Below, one piece after another: positions 19,401 through 27,881 of a stretch of DNA of 54,427 nucleotides. The notes below the pieces were generated by a model, which saw only the letters and a program-made list of their open reading frames with translations, was not told where the DNA came from and ran no database searches. The DNA comes from a virus (lineage: Duplodnaviria > Caudoviricetes): positions 1 through 54,427 of the IMG/VR virus record IMGVR_UViG_3300003465_000008. One strand, given 5' to 3'. The first letter of the stretch is position 1; every line of letters begins with the position of its first letter. The position numbers were made by a program, and so were the translations under genes.

Positions 19401-19753
19401 TAGGTCAGCCCCTTCCAGAACTTGCGGCCGATGTGCTCGAACGGTCCAGAAACTGTGCTCGCCTTCGTGAGTTCGTCAAAGCGTGCGCTCGCGCTCGGCC
19501 AGTTCTGCGGCGCGATCATCGGTTTCAGCAGCCGGTCGCGGTACGCCTGTCGGAACTTCTCTTTCTGCTCGCCCGGCAGTTCGCGAAAGTCGGGGTCCGC
19601 GAGAATTTCCGTCCACTTGGGCGGCGGGCCGACTTGCAGGCGCTCCTGCGTGCTAAGTGGCGTCGGTTCCGGTTTCGCGCGCGCGGGCGGGCCAAGGCCG
19701 GACGCAAACTCCGTCCGAGTCTGCGGGTCAAGCGTAAAGAGTGCTTCTGGCAT
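16460..19753 (-). CDS. large internal virion/DNA ejection protein
   Basis: 1097-aa helical ORF, last of three coupled genes in the position typical of podovirus ejection proteins. Confidence 0.65.
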   Translation of the reverse strand: MPEALFTLDPQTRTEFASGLGPPARAKPEPTPLSTQERLQVGPPPKWTEILADPDFRELPGEQKEKFRQAYRDRLLKPMIAPQNWPSASARFDELTKASTVSGPFEHIGRKFWKGLTYDNATLGPNIVELLFLSPKSYNVSGQAAVKPLRESFARYRKMVGETFGTADEKAAPGPFSGFLGNVGEVMGAGGPISAVNIATRPGTFGKLMQLGRETLSSTGAAGGMELGQAFGEHMMPDSPIARAVAIMAGGLAGGGIAELALPTAIEMSWYRGKDLLKRSSDLTERLIAQGMDPEKAKSTASMMVKEVEQFRASNLGREFKKALDAQPNTAVFAKEAREAAEKIPGFQPNLAMHTGSSSILDAGLKAAARNDYVAMSIATSQAQAMRALNLYAESMLTSGNKTAREVVDEITKSDLYKITKELEANQGKWIELQERLTAGDFFTKADGEALIKLRNNAARSVQRSFNEQYQALYKMADEAGFQMNLGDFYADILKLEAAPGAAATRFPSTYGFLKARINRMGESEKKASELADLQTRAASAEGKQQTMLQNRIRALRQDLQAEELGAAQVPASMEEVHSFYKAINEDLFTSALTPNEARLLNDMKDRLGTRIKETNEGVSKVLGDINQAYQTNFVDVFRKGAAGRMVNETKFGFQTPEQDTLRPYLSRGAQGAAEFKRVFGEDPTAGQLVEQAIADTFAAHVKSRTLTEKVVQQFLAQHKDFLAAFPKVRERFASIEATAETLSKRADDLAVLKDNVTTAQVRALLNSTEPQRVLLQNVRSADFMRRMQDMAKRNPEAAQALAYEYGEILQGMTPQMAAEFLSAHRKELKPIFDAQDPTLYDKLMTLSLGRKVYERGWQTTGGDNLSYRMQLHVDPLERAAGMKIENIANKMWALAAGKTGNVWNTLYIGAKYFGTRGMRKWDHVLGDAFTNPQFVDRLITEQYGPLLQEAQRQGIKIEDLVRQSATNPQMAESLRNALNDVAKKGKALLGEADLGHSYKAHGYRVFTETAERGMRSLKEQEGKESESPYFHPQQLRPHKPARTAPAQAATPETPAAPASPAAPDIKAAVEAEGWTYQPEKYDYRIAPDGEVLRRKK

Positions 19754-21036
19754 CAGCGACCCACCATGTCACCTACGATGCCAAGCGCTTCGCGCGAGTT
19801 CTGATCCAGACCAGGATAGGCGAGTTCTTCGGAGGACATGAGAGGCGCGCTCGCGGTGAACGGCAGGCCGAAGATGCCTTCCGGGATGTTGTACTGTTTC
19901 TGGAACGGCCGCATCTGCGTCTTGATACTCTCGATTTCCGCGGCGTTTACCGCCTTCACGTTCGCGACAAACGCCTTCATCGCGTCGGCGTCCTGCTGCG
20001 AGAGCCGGCCTAGCGTGCCCTTTTCCGCTGCCGAGAAAATGCGCGTGATGATGTCGCCAGTGTACTTGTCCAGCCCTTGCGTCCACTTGCCGACTTGCCG
20101 CGTGCCAGCGAGTTGCTTCAACTGCACCTTCACCGTGTCCGGCAGCTCCATGCCGGGAATCAGGTTTGCCTCGATGTCGTTCACTCGGCGAATCGTCTCC
20201 TGATACGGCTTCACGACCTTCTGCGCGTTCGCGACGAACCAGCGCGTGTTCACATCCGAGCGTAAGGTTTCCCGGTAGGCTTGCGCCTGCTCGCGATAAG
20301 CCGCAGTCTGTTCGCGCGTCGCCGCATGCTGGGCCGCCGCGAGTTGCTTGGAAAGCCGGAATTCCTGATCCTTGATGTACATTTGCACCATCTGCTCGCC
20401 GACCTTGATGCCGCCGTCGTAGATCGCGTGCATGGCCTTGTAGTCGCCGGCCTGTGCGGCGAGCAACATGCCGGTGTGCTGATTCTCGGCCGCAATCGCC
20501 TCGAACATCGGCCGCGCTTTTTCCATGTCGAACTTCGCAGCCGCGAGCGCCGCGTTGTAGCGGTTGATCTCTACTTGGTTCTGCTGCAACGCGCGCTCGA
20601 AGTTGTCATGCCACTTCTCGCGTTCCAGTTTGACGCGCTGCATGTCGCCAGCGCGGAAACCCTCCATAGCTGCGGCTGCCGAGTTAAGCGCAGCCGTGAG
20701 TGGAGCGCGAGTCTTGAACGAGCCGAGGAGCGCTAGCACGGATGCCATGCTGCCGAGTGCCTGCGTGGGGTCTTTGTACTCGGCGTCCGGTCGCGCTGGC
20801 ACGTCCTGCAAATTCGGCGCGGCGGGCGGCGCGGCTTCCTTTAATTGCTTAGCGAGATCAAACATCTTCGCGATGTTCTGACCCTGCTTTTCCAGAAGCG
20901 GCGCGCGCTCGGCCCGTTCTTTTTCGAGGATCGCGGTCTGATCCTTCGTGTACTCCTTGGGCGTGGGAATCCCCGCCGCCGAGAGAAACGACGTGAACTT
21001 GGAGAGGTCTAGACCGCCGCCGAGCGTTTCGGCCAT
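19753..21036 (-). CDS. putative ejection protein
   Basis: Ala/Gln-rich helical 427 aa; synteny. Confidence 0.6.
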   Translation of the reverse strand: MAETLGGGLDLSKFTSFLSAAGIPTPKEYTKDQTAILEKERAERAPLLEKQGQNIAKMFDLAKQLKEAAPPAAPNLQDVPARPDAEYKDPTQALGSMASVLALLGSFKTRAPLTAALNSAAAAMEGFRAGDMQRVKLEREKWHDNFERALQQNQVEINRYNAALAAAKFDMEKARPMFEAIAAENQHTGMLLAAQAGDYKAMHAIYDGGIKVGEQMVQMYIKDQEFRLSKQLAAAQHAATREQTAAYREQAQAYRETLRSDVNTRWFVANAQKVVKPYQETIRRVNDIEANLIPGMELPDTVKVQLKQLAGTRQVGKWTQGLDKYTGDIITRIFSAAEKGTLGRLSQQDADAMKAFVANVKAVNAAEIESIKTQMRPFQKQYNIPEGIFGLPFTASAPLMSSEELAYPGLDQNSREALGIVGDMVGR

Positions 21037-22233
21037 CTACTTTCCTCCGAGTGCCGAGCCGAGTGCGGAAGCCGAAGCGAAGTTCGCGAGCGCCATGCGC
21101 AACTGCTCATCGGACTGCAACTGCGCGTTCATGATGAGCGAGTAGACTTGGGCTGCGTCCATGTTTTCCGCCGCCGCGATGCCGGCCGCACTGAGGCCGG
21201 TTTTCGTCAACTGATCGGCGAGGTCGAAGGAAAGCGCTTCGCCGCGCGCCTTCGCAGCCGAGATTTCCTGCGCTTCCGGCGTCGAACCGGACATGCCCAT
21301 CTGCGCGTACTTCGACTTGATGCTCGTCACGGCATCCTGCACGGCGTTCTGAATCTTCGTCTGCGCGCCGGGCGGAAGCACTCCGGTAGCGAGGGAAGGA
21401 ATGAGTGCCTTCGCTGCATCCGCCGCCGGCTGCGCGCCGGATGCGAACTTGCCGGCGACAGCCTCAAGGTTCGGAATCTGCGGAATCGTCGGCGTATTGA
21501 GCGCGCTCGCCGCCATGATCGCGCCGGGCAGGATCAGGTTCTTGTTCTCCTTGAGAAAGTCTGTGATGCTCGAGCCGCCCGCAGCCGAGGGACCGCCCAT
21601 GATCGTCGGCGTCGAGACGCCGCCTGCTTTCAAGCCAGTGGGCGAGACCGCATCGGAGAGCGTTGGCAGTTTCAGGCCGCTTGTAGACTCGTCGCCAGTC
21701 AGCGCACGGAATCCGCTGGTCAATGCGTTCGTGCCGACATCCTTTAGAAAACCAGACACGCCACCGCTGCCAGTAATTGCATCAAGCGCCGGTTGCGCGA
21801 ATACACCAGGAGCGGTTTCCACCAAACCTTGCGAGGCAAGTGACGCAGCGGTTTCCGGCACTGCCGCTGGCATCAAACCACCAGCCGCAACGCCAGTGCC
21901 GAGTTCCACGCTTGGCAAACCAGATACTTCCGCCAAGCCAAGCCCCTCGGCCGCTCCCACGCCCTCGGCAATCCCCGTTGCGGCTCCGGCCGCTGCCGCC
22001 TCTGGTGCAAACGCTGATAGCAGTTGCGGCGCGAAAATGGCGGCTGCAATCGGCAATGCTATGGACAACAATGACTTCAGTTTGAACGCTTCCGGCATCC
22101 CCGTTTCCGGGTTGATCGTGACAAGGCCGCTCTGCACGAGCGCCTGCAACTCATCGTCTGTGATGTGCAGAATATGCTTGTCACCGCCACGCCCAGCTTC
22201 CGCTACTTGTGCCGCCAGTTCTCGCAGACTCAT
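21037..22233 (-). CDS. putative pilot/DNA transfer protein
   Basis: GRGGD..I.HI...E...L...TINPETGMPEAF N-terminus and Gly/Ala-rich hydrophobic body. Confidence 0.65.
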   Translation of the reverse strand: MSLRELAAQVAEAGRGGDKHILHITDDELQALVQSGLVTINPETGMPEAFKLKSLLSIALPIAAAIFAPQLLSAFAPEAAAAGAATGIAEGVGAAEGLGLAEVSGLPSVELGTGVAAGGLMPAAVPETAASLASQGLVETAPGVFAQPALDAITGSGGVSGFLKDVGTNALTSGFRALTGDESTSGLKLPTLSDAVSPTGLKAGGVSTPTIMGGPSAAGGSSITDFLKENKNLILPGAIMAASALNTPTIPQIPNLEAVAGKFASGAQPAADAAKALIPSLATGVLPPGAQTKIQNAVQDAVTSIKSKYAQMGMSGSTPEAQEISAAKARGEALSFDLADQLTKTGLSAAGIAAAENMDAAQVYSLIMNAQLQSDEQLRMALANFASASALGSALGGK

Positions 22234-22245
22234 GTTCGCACTCCT

Positions 22246-22710
22246 TCAAATTCCGAGCTTCGCCCGTGCTGCTTGGTGCTCGCGATAATGTTGAAAATGC
22301 CATTCTTCTGACTCCCGCAAATTGCGGAAATCGACCGCCGTCAGGTCCGTACCCGACAGCCCGAGCGAGTCGTTCATCTCATTATGCTCGCTTTGGTGCC
22401 GCAAGGCATAGGCATCCCAATCCCGCCAGTTGACCGGATAGAGCACCCAATCGGTCGGATTCCCGAGCGTCTGTTTCTGAATCCCCTCGCGAATCTGGTC
22501 GTGGTCGGCCGCGTGTTGCAGCGCCCACATTTCGGTTGAGCGCGGGTCGCGGTAGTCAAAACCGAGCAGCCACACGAGACCGCTCGAAGCGCCGGCAAAG
22601 CCGGTGACGAAGTTCGGCACGTCGGGCGTCGCGAACACCGTCGCATCCGCCGTAGCCCAGGTCAGGTCGGCGGTGAAGTTCGTCCGGTCGGCGGTGAAGG
22701 GCAAGAACAT
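22246..22710 (-). CDS. hypothetical structural-region protein (His-rich)
   Basis: 154-aa ORF coupled to the upstream gene. Confidence 0.65.
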   Translation of the reverse strand: MFLPFTADRTNFTADLTWATADATVFATPDVPNFVTGFAGASSGLVWLLGFDYRDPRSTEMWALQHAADHDQIREGIQKQTLGNPTDWVLYPVNWRDWDAYALRHQSEHNEMNDSLGLSGTDLTAVDFRNLRESEEWHFQHYREHQAARAKLGI

Positions 22711-24005
22711 CAGTTCGCCTGCTCAAACTTCAAGCAAGAAACATTGTAGGTGTTTGACGCCATCGCAACTTGCGCACTAGCGCCACTCGCCGTCCAAGTA
22801 CGGGCTGATGGGGTACCCGATGTCGTGGATGACACTACGACTGGAGTGACGCCTTGTATAAACAACACCAGATCAGTCCATACATTCGTTGTTGCGTCCG
22901 TGCGGTAGCCATTGCACAACGCAATTGCGGAAGAAAGCCCGACGCTGCTTCCGGTCGTGCTAAGACTGAAAACTGTCGTTGCGCCCGTGACCGAAGTTCT
23001 GTCAGTGCCAGTCTGATTACTTCGCACGCCGAAGGTAGCGCTTTCCCAAAATGGCGTCGCAAGCGTCGGGCTTGTGGCAAGAACCACTGATCCACTGCCC
23101 GTTGTGCCGTTTGAAAGATCCGCTGCGGCGAGTTGCGCGCTCACGAAGTTCGTTCCATTGCCACGCAACACATTCGCGGAAGCTGCCGCGCCTCCAATCC
23201 GAAAACCTGTCGCTGCATCGTAAATAGTCGCTACTTGTACTCCCGTGCTGGGGTTGAAGGTCAATTTCGTGCTCGATACTTTCGCGGCTTGGTTGCCGCT
23301 CGCCGTAGTGACCCATAGCGGATACATCGTAGCGTTCGTCGTGGTATCGTCCGTGATCGCGACGTTTGTCGCGTTCGTCGCCGTCGTGGCCGTGGTAGCC
23401 GTGCTAGCTGCAATGGCTGTGTTGCAGCCAAAGCCGGTGTTCGTCGTCCAGTTGAGTGCGCTCGACGACGTGCTGCACGAGCCGATGGCGAGCGCCGTAG
23501 GCGATGCCGTGCCGCTCGTTGCATTGCCGACGATGGTATTCGTCGCCTGCGTTGCCAAGCCGGAAAGCGGCAAGCCGCTTGCGTTCGTGAGCGTCCCCGA
23601 GGAAGGCGTACCGAGCGCGCCGCCAGAATACAGGATCGTCGCGTTCGCGTCCGGTAGCGTGAACGTCTTTTCTGCCGTGGTCGGTCCGCTGAACTTCGTG
23701 AAGCCGTTGCCAGTGCCGCCGTTCGCGCTCGGCAGTATCCCGGACACATCGGCACCGGAAGTCAGCGCAACGCTCGCGCACGTCGCCGCGCCTACGTTCG
23801 ACAGGCTGCGCGGAAACTGATTCGTGCAGCTCGTCCCTGCGTAGGCCGTCAGTGCGCTCGTGCCGTTGCCGATGATGAGGCCCGTACCGAGGCTCGAACC
23901 AGCAACGGCTTGCGTCCCGAGATTGATCTTTGTCTGCGCGGAGCACGGTAGCGCGAGCGCGAGCAAGAGTGCCGCGAGGAACTTAGTAGCGATAGAACGC
24001 AACAT
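22710..24005 (-). CDS. Ser/Thr/Gly-rich fibre-like protein with N-terminal signal peptide
   Basis: MLRSIATKFLAALLLALALPCSA; LPSANGGTG and GSGSVVLATSPTL fibre motifs; GGGAG RBS. Confidence 0.7.
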   Translation of the reverse strand: MLRSIATKFLAALLLALALPCSAQTKINLGTQAVAGSSLGTGLIIGNGTSALTAYAGTSCTNQFPRSLSNVGAATCASVALTSGADVSGILPSANGGTGNGFTKFSGPTTAEKTFTLPDANATILYSGGALGTPSSGTLTNASGLPLSGLATQATNTIVGNATSGTASPTALAIGSCSTSSSALNWTTNTGFGCNTAIAASTATTATTATNATNVAITDDTTTNATMYPLWVTTASGNQAAKVSSTKLTFNPSTGVQVATIYDAATGFRIGGAAASANVLRGNGTNFVSAQLAAADLSNGTTGSGSVVLATSPTLATPFWESATFGVRSNQTGTDRTSVTGATTVFSLSTTGSSVGLSSAIALCNGYRTDATTNVWTDLVLFIQGVTPVVVSSTTSGTPSARTWTASGASAQVAMASNTYNVSCLKFEQAN

Positions 24006-24330
24006 GCGCGTCTCCCACTTGAGGTTTGGCTGCGGCAACGTAGGTGATCGTGGCAACGGCAAGCGTGTAGTCCACGCCGCCCGCAGATTGCAGCACCCCG
24101 TTCTTGAAGAGCTGTAGGGAGGCAGCGGGATTGGGCGTGTGGGCGAGCGTGAACACGGCGTTTGCACCGTCGATGACTCCGGCCGGCACTTCGGCATCAG
24201 CAAAATTGAGCGCGGCGAACATCGCATAGAGTTCGGCGTCATTCGCGTTGAGCTTTTGAAACGCCGTGCGTAGCGGATCGCCAGTGTGGTCATCTGGTGC
24301 GCTGCCGACGTTGACGGGTTGTTGCGCCAC
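23983..24330 (-). CDS. small virion protein (baseplate/fibre attachment-like)
   Basis: VNVGSAPDDHTGDPLRTAFQKLNAN and LFKNGVLQ...DYT motifs. Confidence 0.7.
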   Translation of the reverse strand: MAQQPVNVGSAPDDHTGDPLRTAFQKLNANDAELYAMFAALNFADAEVPAGVIDGANAVFTLAHTPNPAASLQLFKNGVLQSAGGVDYTLAVATITYVAAAKPQVGDAHVAFYRY

Positions 24331-24333
24331 GCA

Positions 24334-26115
24334 TCAACGTCCATAAAAGACGTTCGAGTTGTACGTTTCCCCCATCCCGATCAGCGCGAAGTCCGGCGAC
24401 GTAGAGGTAAGCGTGATGCCGAGCCGCATGCCCGCCTGATTCGCTTGCGTGCCCTGCACGCCAGGCGGGCTACTCACGAATTGAATGGGCTGGCTGGAAT
24501 TGTTCACGAACGTAATCAGGCCACCGGAGTTATTCAGCCAGTACAGATTTGCCGTGATGCTGAACGCCACGGATGCGTTCGTGTCGGAATCCAGCGTCCC
24601 AGTCAGCACAACGCCCGTGCCGCCGTAATCCGCGCTTTCCACGTACACGTCCTGCGTGGTCTTGCGGATAAGCTGCGACTGCCCCTGCCAGAGTTTCGTC
24701 TGCACCTTCTTTGCGAGCGTGTCCGATGCCGTCTCAAAGAGATGCCGCAGATTCGTGCCGTCATTCCCCCAGGCATGGTGTGTATGCGTACCACCGCTTT
24801 CGGCTGTCGTGACAAATGTCGCAGTAATCGCTTGCGAGCCGATGAACCATTTCGCGCCGTTCCACAGCACCATGATCGTGCGCTGCGTATCCGTGGTCGG
24901 ATCTAGTGTATTGAGCACCCAGCCCGCGCACTGCACGTTGAAAAGGTCCACAATGAAGCCTACCGGAGGCACGGCGTCGAAGTCGGCCTTCTCGAACAGT
25001 TTATCCACCTTGTCGCTGATCTTTTGCGCGGCGCCTCCGAAAAGCGCATACGCTCCTGTCGGATTGGCAAAGAGCAGCGCGCGACCGAACGAGATCAGAG
25101 AATCGCGCCAGCCCAAGCCGGTCTGCTGGTCAATGTTCTGGTTGTTGAACGTGGTCGTCGCTGGCGAGCCGCTGGTCTGCACGTTCGAGATCACGTTGAT
25201 CGAAGAATCGCCGAAGAGATACAAAAACCCGTTCGACTGTTTCAGGTTCACGAACCGCGTGCGCAGGAACCCGTCCGACGACTTCGTGGTGCCGCCGCCG
25301 TTCGACGTGGAGAAGTCGGCACCGTTACCCGGCGCGCTGAAACTGAACTGAGCGCCGTTCACCACCCACAAGCGCTGTACGAAGGCTTCGACTGCGGTCC
25401 CGTTGATGCCGTAAGGCATCATCCAATTAAAGGTGAGGTTCTGTCCGGCATGCGATCCGGTCGCGGCCTGCGAGATCACGGCAGAGTTGGAGGTATGCGA
25501 CACGACAAGCGTATGTGCGGGGATGTCGCCCTGCGCATCCGTCACCATCATGCCGTTCACCACGTCGGTCGTGCTCGAAATGTTGGTAAGCGACGTGCTC
25601 GTGTTCGTGTTGCCTGTAACCACGATCGGGTTTGCCAGTCCCGACAGCCAGCTAGGCGCTGCGTCTCCGGGCTTATAAAGCGTGCCATCCCACGCAAAGA
25701 GGCCATCGGCATTCGCCGTCACGATCACGATTCCCGATGCGCCCCACTGCACGCAATCGGGAAGCGTCGGCGTGACCGCGAACGTGCCTGCTGGCGCAAT
25801 CGTCGTGACTGCGCCGCCCACTATCGCAACTTGCTTCGCCGAGCCATCTGAGAAAAACAGCGCGTGGTAGAAGGTCGTCGTGATGTTGAACACGAAGTCG
25901 AAAACGATCGTGACGCCGGAAGCCGTGTAGAGCGGGGCAAGCGCGTCGTACATGGCACGCGCGTTGCCGGCGCCGAGCGGCGCAAAGTTTTCCAGCCACG
26001 AGCATTCCTGATCGCCGATCGCGCGACGGCTATCGTGCAGGTTGACGCCGTCAAAACCTTGCAACCAAAAAAGAGCGGGCGTTTCCTTCGCCGTGAGTTG
26101 ATCAAGCGCAGCCAT
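24334..26115 (-). CDS. tail tubular B / DNA stabilisation protein
   Basis: 593-aa beta-rich ORF after the adaptor; LYLFGDSSINVISNV. Confidence 0.65.
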   Translation of the reverse strand: MAALDQLTAKETPALFWLQGFDGVNLHDSRRAIGDQECSWLENFAPLGAGNARAMYDALAPLYTASGVTIVFDFVFNITTTFYHALFFSDGSAKQVAIVGGAVTTIAPAGTFAVTPTLPDCVQWGASGIVIVTANADGLFAWDGTLYKPGDAAPSWLSGLANPIVVTGNTNTSTSLTNISSTTDVVNGMMVTDAQGDIPAHTLVVSHTSNSAVISQAATGSHAGQNLTFNWMMPYGINGTAVEAFVQRLWVVNGAQFSFSAPGNGADFSTSNGGGTTKSSDGFLRTRFVNLKQSNGFLYLFGDSSINVISNVQTSGSPATTTFNNQNIDQQTGLGWRDSLISFGRALLFANPTGAYALFGGAAQKISDKVDKLFEKADFDAVPPVGFIVDLFNVQCAGWVLNTLDPTTDTQRTIMVLWNGAKWFIGSQAITATFVTTAESGGTHTHHAWGNDGTNLRHLFETASDTLAKKVQTKLWQGQSQLIRKTTQDVYVESADYGGTGVVLTGTLDSDTNASVAFSITANLYWLNNSGGLITFVNNSSQPIQFVSSPPGVQGTQANQAGMRLGITLTSTSPDFALIGMGETYNSNVFYGR

Positions 26116-26118
26116 CGG

Positions 26119-27006
26119 CTACTCGTAGTAGTTCGGGATATAGCTCGACTCGCTTGTAGCTCGTGCCCGCTTCATCGCGTCGTCGTAGAGCGCGCGCATA
26201 TTGCGGGCTTCTTCCGGTCGCCGCGCGTTCATGAATGCGAGGTAGGCCGCGTAGTACGGCACGGCATCGGTCCACGGGTAGGGAATCGCCTCTGCCGTCG
26301 TGTCGTCCACGAGGTCAATCGGAATGCACACGCAATTCCACTGCATCGGCAAAATCGAAGTCGGCACAGGCTGCAAGTAGACCGAGCCGCCGCCGCCCTG
26401 CCCGAATTGCGCCCAAATCGCAGGCTGTCCCGACACGATCGGGTACGCGCGCACTCTCGCCTGCAAGTCGTTCCAGTTCCATTGCTCAAGCACGGGGGAG
26501 AGCGCGCCCCACGAAACCGCGATCGACTCAACGAACAGGATGGAATCGACGCCAGACGTGAGTTGCGCAAGCGCGTTGGCCGAGGCGAACGTATAGACTT
26601 CCTGATCAGCGACGGTGTTCAGGCAGTTGATGACCGGCGTCGCGGTAGCACCGGATCCGCTGCCCCCCGAGAGCGTTACCGTCGTCGTCTTGTCGTACTT
26701 CGTGCCTGCCGTGTTGACTACGATCGAACTCACGGCACCGCCCGTGAGCACGGCAGTCGCCGTCGCGCCGGAGCCTGGTCCCGTAATCGCTACGGCTGGC
26801 GCGCTGACGTAGCCGCTACCACCAGCCGTGACCGTGATCGACGCGATGCCATTCGTGGATGGCGGCAAGACCTTGATGCACTGCCCTTCGGCCGCGACTT
26901 GGCCGCGCGCCTCGTTGATCCAGAGCGTGATCGAGGCTTGCGACCAGAATTGATTGCTGGCGTCGCTGAGAAGATTCTGGACGCGCGTCAGGTATTTTGC
27001 CAGCAC
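26119..27006 (-). CDS. head-tail adaptor (tail tubular A-like) with an inserted Gly/Ser/Thr-rich domain
   Basis: YLTRVQNLL.D...WINEAR N-terminus; IPYPWTDAVPYYAAYLA C-terminus. Confidence 0.7.
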   Translation of the reverse strand: MLAKYLTRVQNLLSDASNQFWSQASITLWINEARGQVAAEGQCIKVLPPSTNGIASITVTAGGSGYVSAPAVAITGPGSGATATAVLTGGAVSSIVVNTAGTKYDKTTTVTLSGGSGSGATATPVINCLNTVADQEVYTFASANALAQLTSGVDSILFVESIAVSWGALSPVLEQWNWNDLQARVRAYPIVSGQPAIWAQFGQGGGGSVYLQPVPTSILPMQWNCVCIPIDLVDDTTAEAIPYPWTDAVPYYAAYLAFMNARRPEEARNMRALYDDAMKRARATSESSYIPNYYE

Positions 27007-27010
27007 GCCG

Positions 27011-27868
27011 TCACGCGAGACTCACGAACTTCTCTAGGCCCGGTTCGCCCTGACGGACCATTTCGCTCGTGAGGCCGTCGCCATGCAACGTAACGTGCAG
27101 GAATTCCCGCCAGTTCTCCACCAGCCGGAAGAACTGCTCGACTTGCGTCATCAGTGCCAAGTTGCTCACGAAGAAGCGCTTGCCGACCCATACCGGCTTT
27201 TTCTCGTACTCGTATTCGCCCGCCACGTCGCAGGCGTGGTAGCTCGCGCCGTGCGGCGCGTAGCAGTTGTCGAAGCCGAAGAAGTGCTGGTGCTGGAACC
27301 CCATCATCATCGCAATGTTGATCGAGACGAGCGTCGCCGTAGAACCCCAGCAAATCGACTGCTCGCCGTTCAGCAGCGCTGGTTCATCTTCGATCTTCGC
27401 GACCGCTTGCCCGCGGTAGTGCCACATTTCCACGCGGTGCCCGGCAAGCTGATCGAACAGGGCGGGATCGCACTGCGAGGCAATGAGGTAGAGCGTTTCG
27501 GCCTGCGGGAGCGAGAGGTTGCCCTTATCTTCGACTCCGGCGTCGCACACCACTGCGTAGGTCGGGACAATCCCCTGCCGCACGACGTGATCGTGCGCAG
27601 AGCCGCAGACCAAGATGTTGCGGAACTGCCGAAGTTCGTCCCAGCGCTCGTTCAGCGAATGCCCGCAGGACACGATTGCGATAGGCTCGCCGATCCGCGC
27701 GCTCGCGCGTCCGCTTGTCTCTACGAAACGCGAGAGCGCGCGAGGCAGGTTCGCGCGAATGTTCGCGGCAAGCCGCTCGGTGGGAACGAGCGTGTAGGTC
27801 GAGACCGTTAGCGCTACGGTACTGCCGTCATCCCGGCGAACGTCGATGTAGCCTTGAGGCGTGTCCAT
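27011..27868 (-). CDS. DUF115 (MAF_flag10/MptE-like) protein, putative Maf-type glycosyltransferase
   Basis: IAIVSCGHSL, GIVPTYAVVCDA, ASQCDP..F, GSTAT...INIAMMMGF...FFGFDNCY. Confidence 0.7.
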   Translation of the reverse strand: MDTPQGYIDVRRDDGSTVALTVSTYTLVPTERLAANIRANLPRALSRFVETSGRASARIGEPIAIVSCGHSLNERWDELRQFRNILVCGSAHDHVVRQGIVPTYAVVCDAGVEDKGNLSLPQAETLYLIASQCDPALFDQLAGHRVEMWHYRGQAVAKIEDEPALLNGEQSICWGSTATLVSINIAMMMGFQHQHFFGFDNCYAPHGASYHACDVAGEYEYEKKPVWVGKRFFVSNLALMTQVEQFFRLVENWREFLHVTLHGDGLTSEMVRQGEPGLEKFVSLA

Positions 27869-27881
27869 GCCGTCTCATGGC

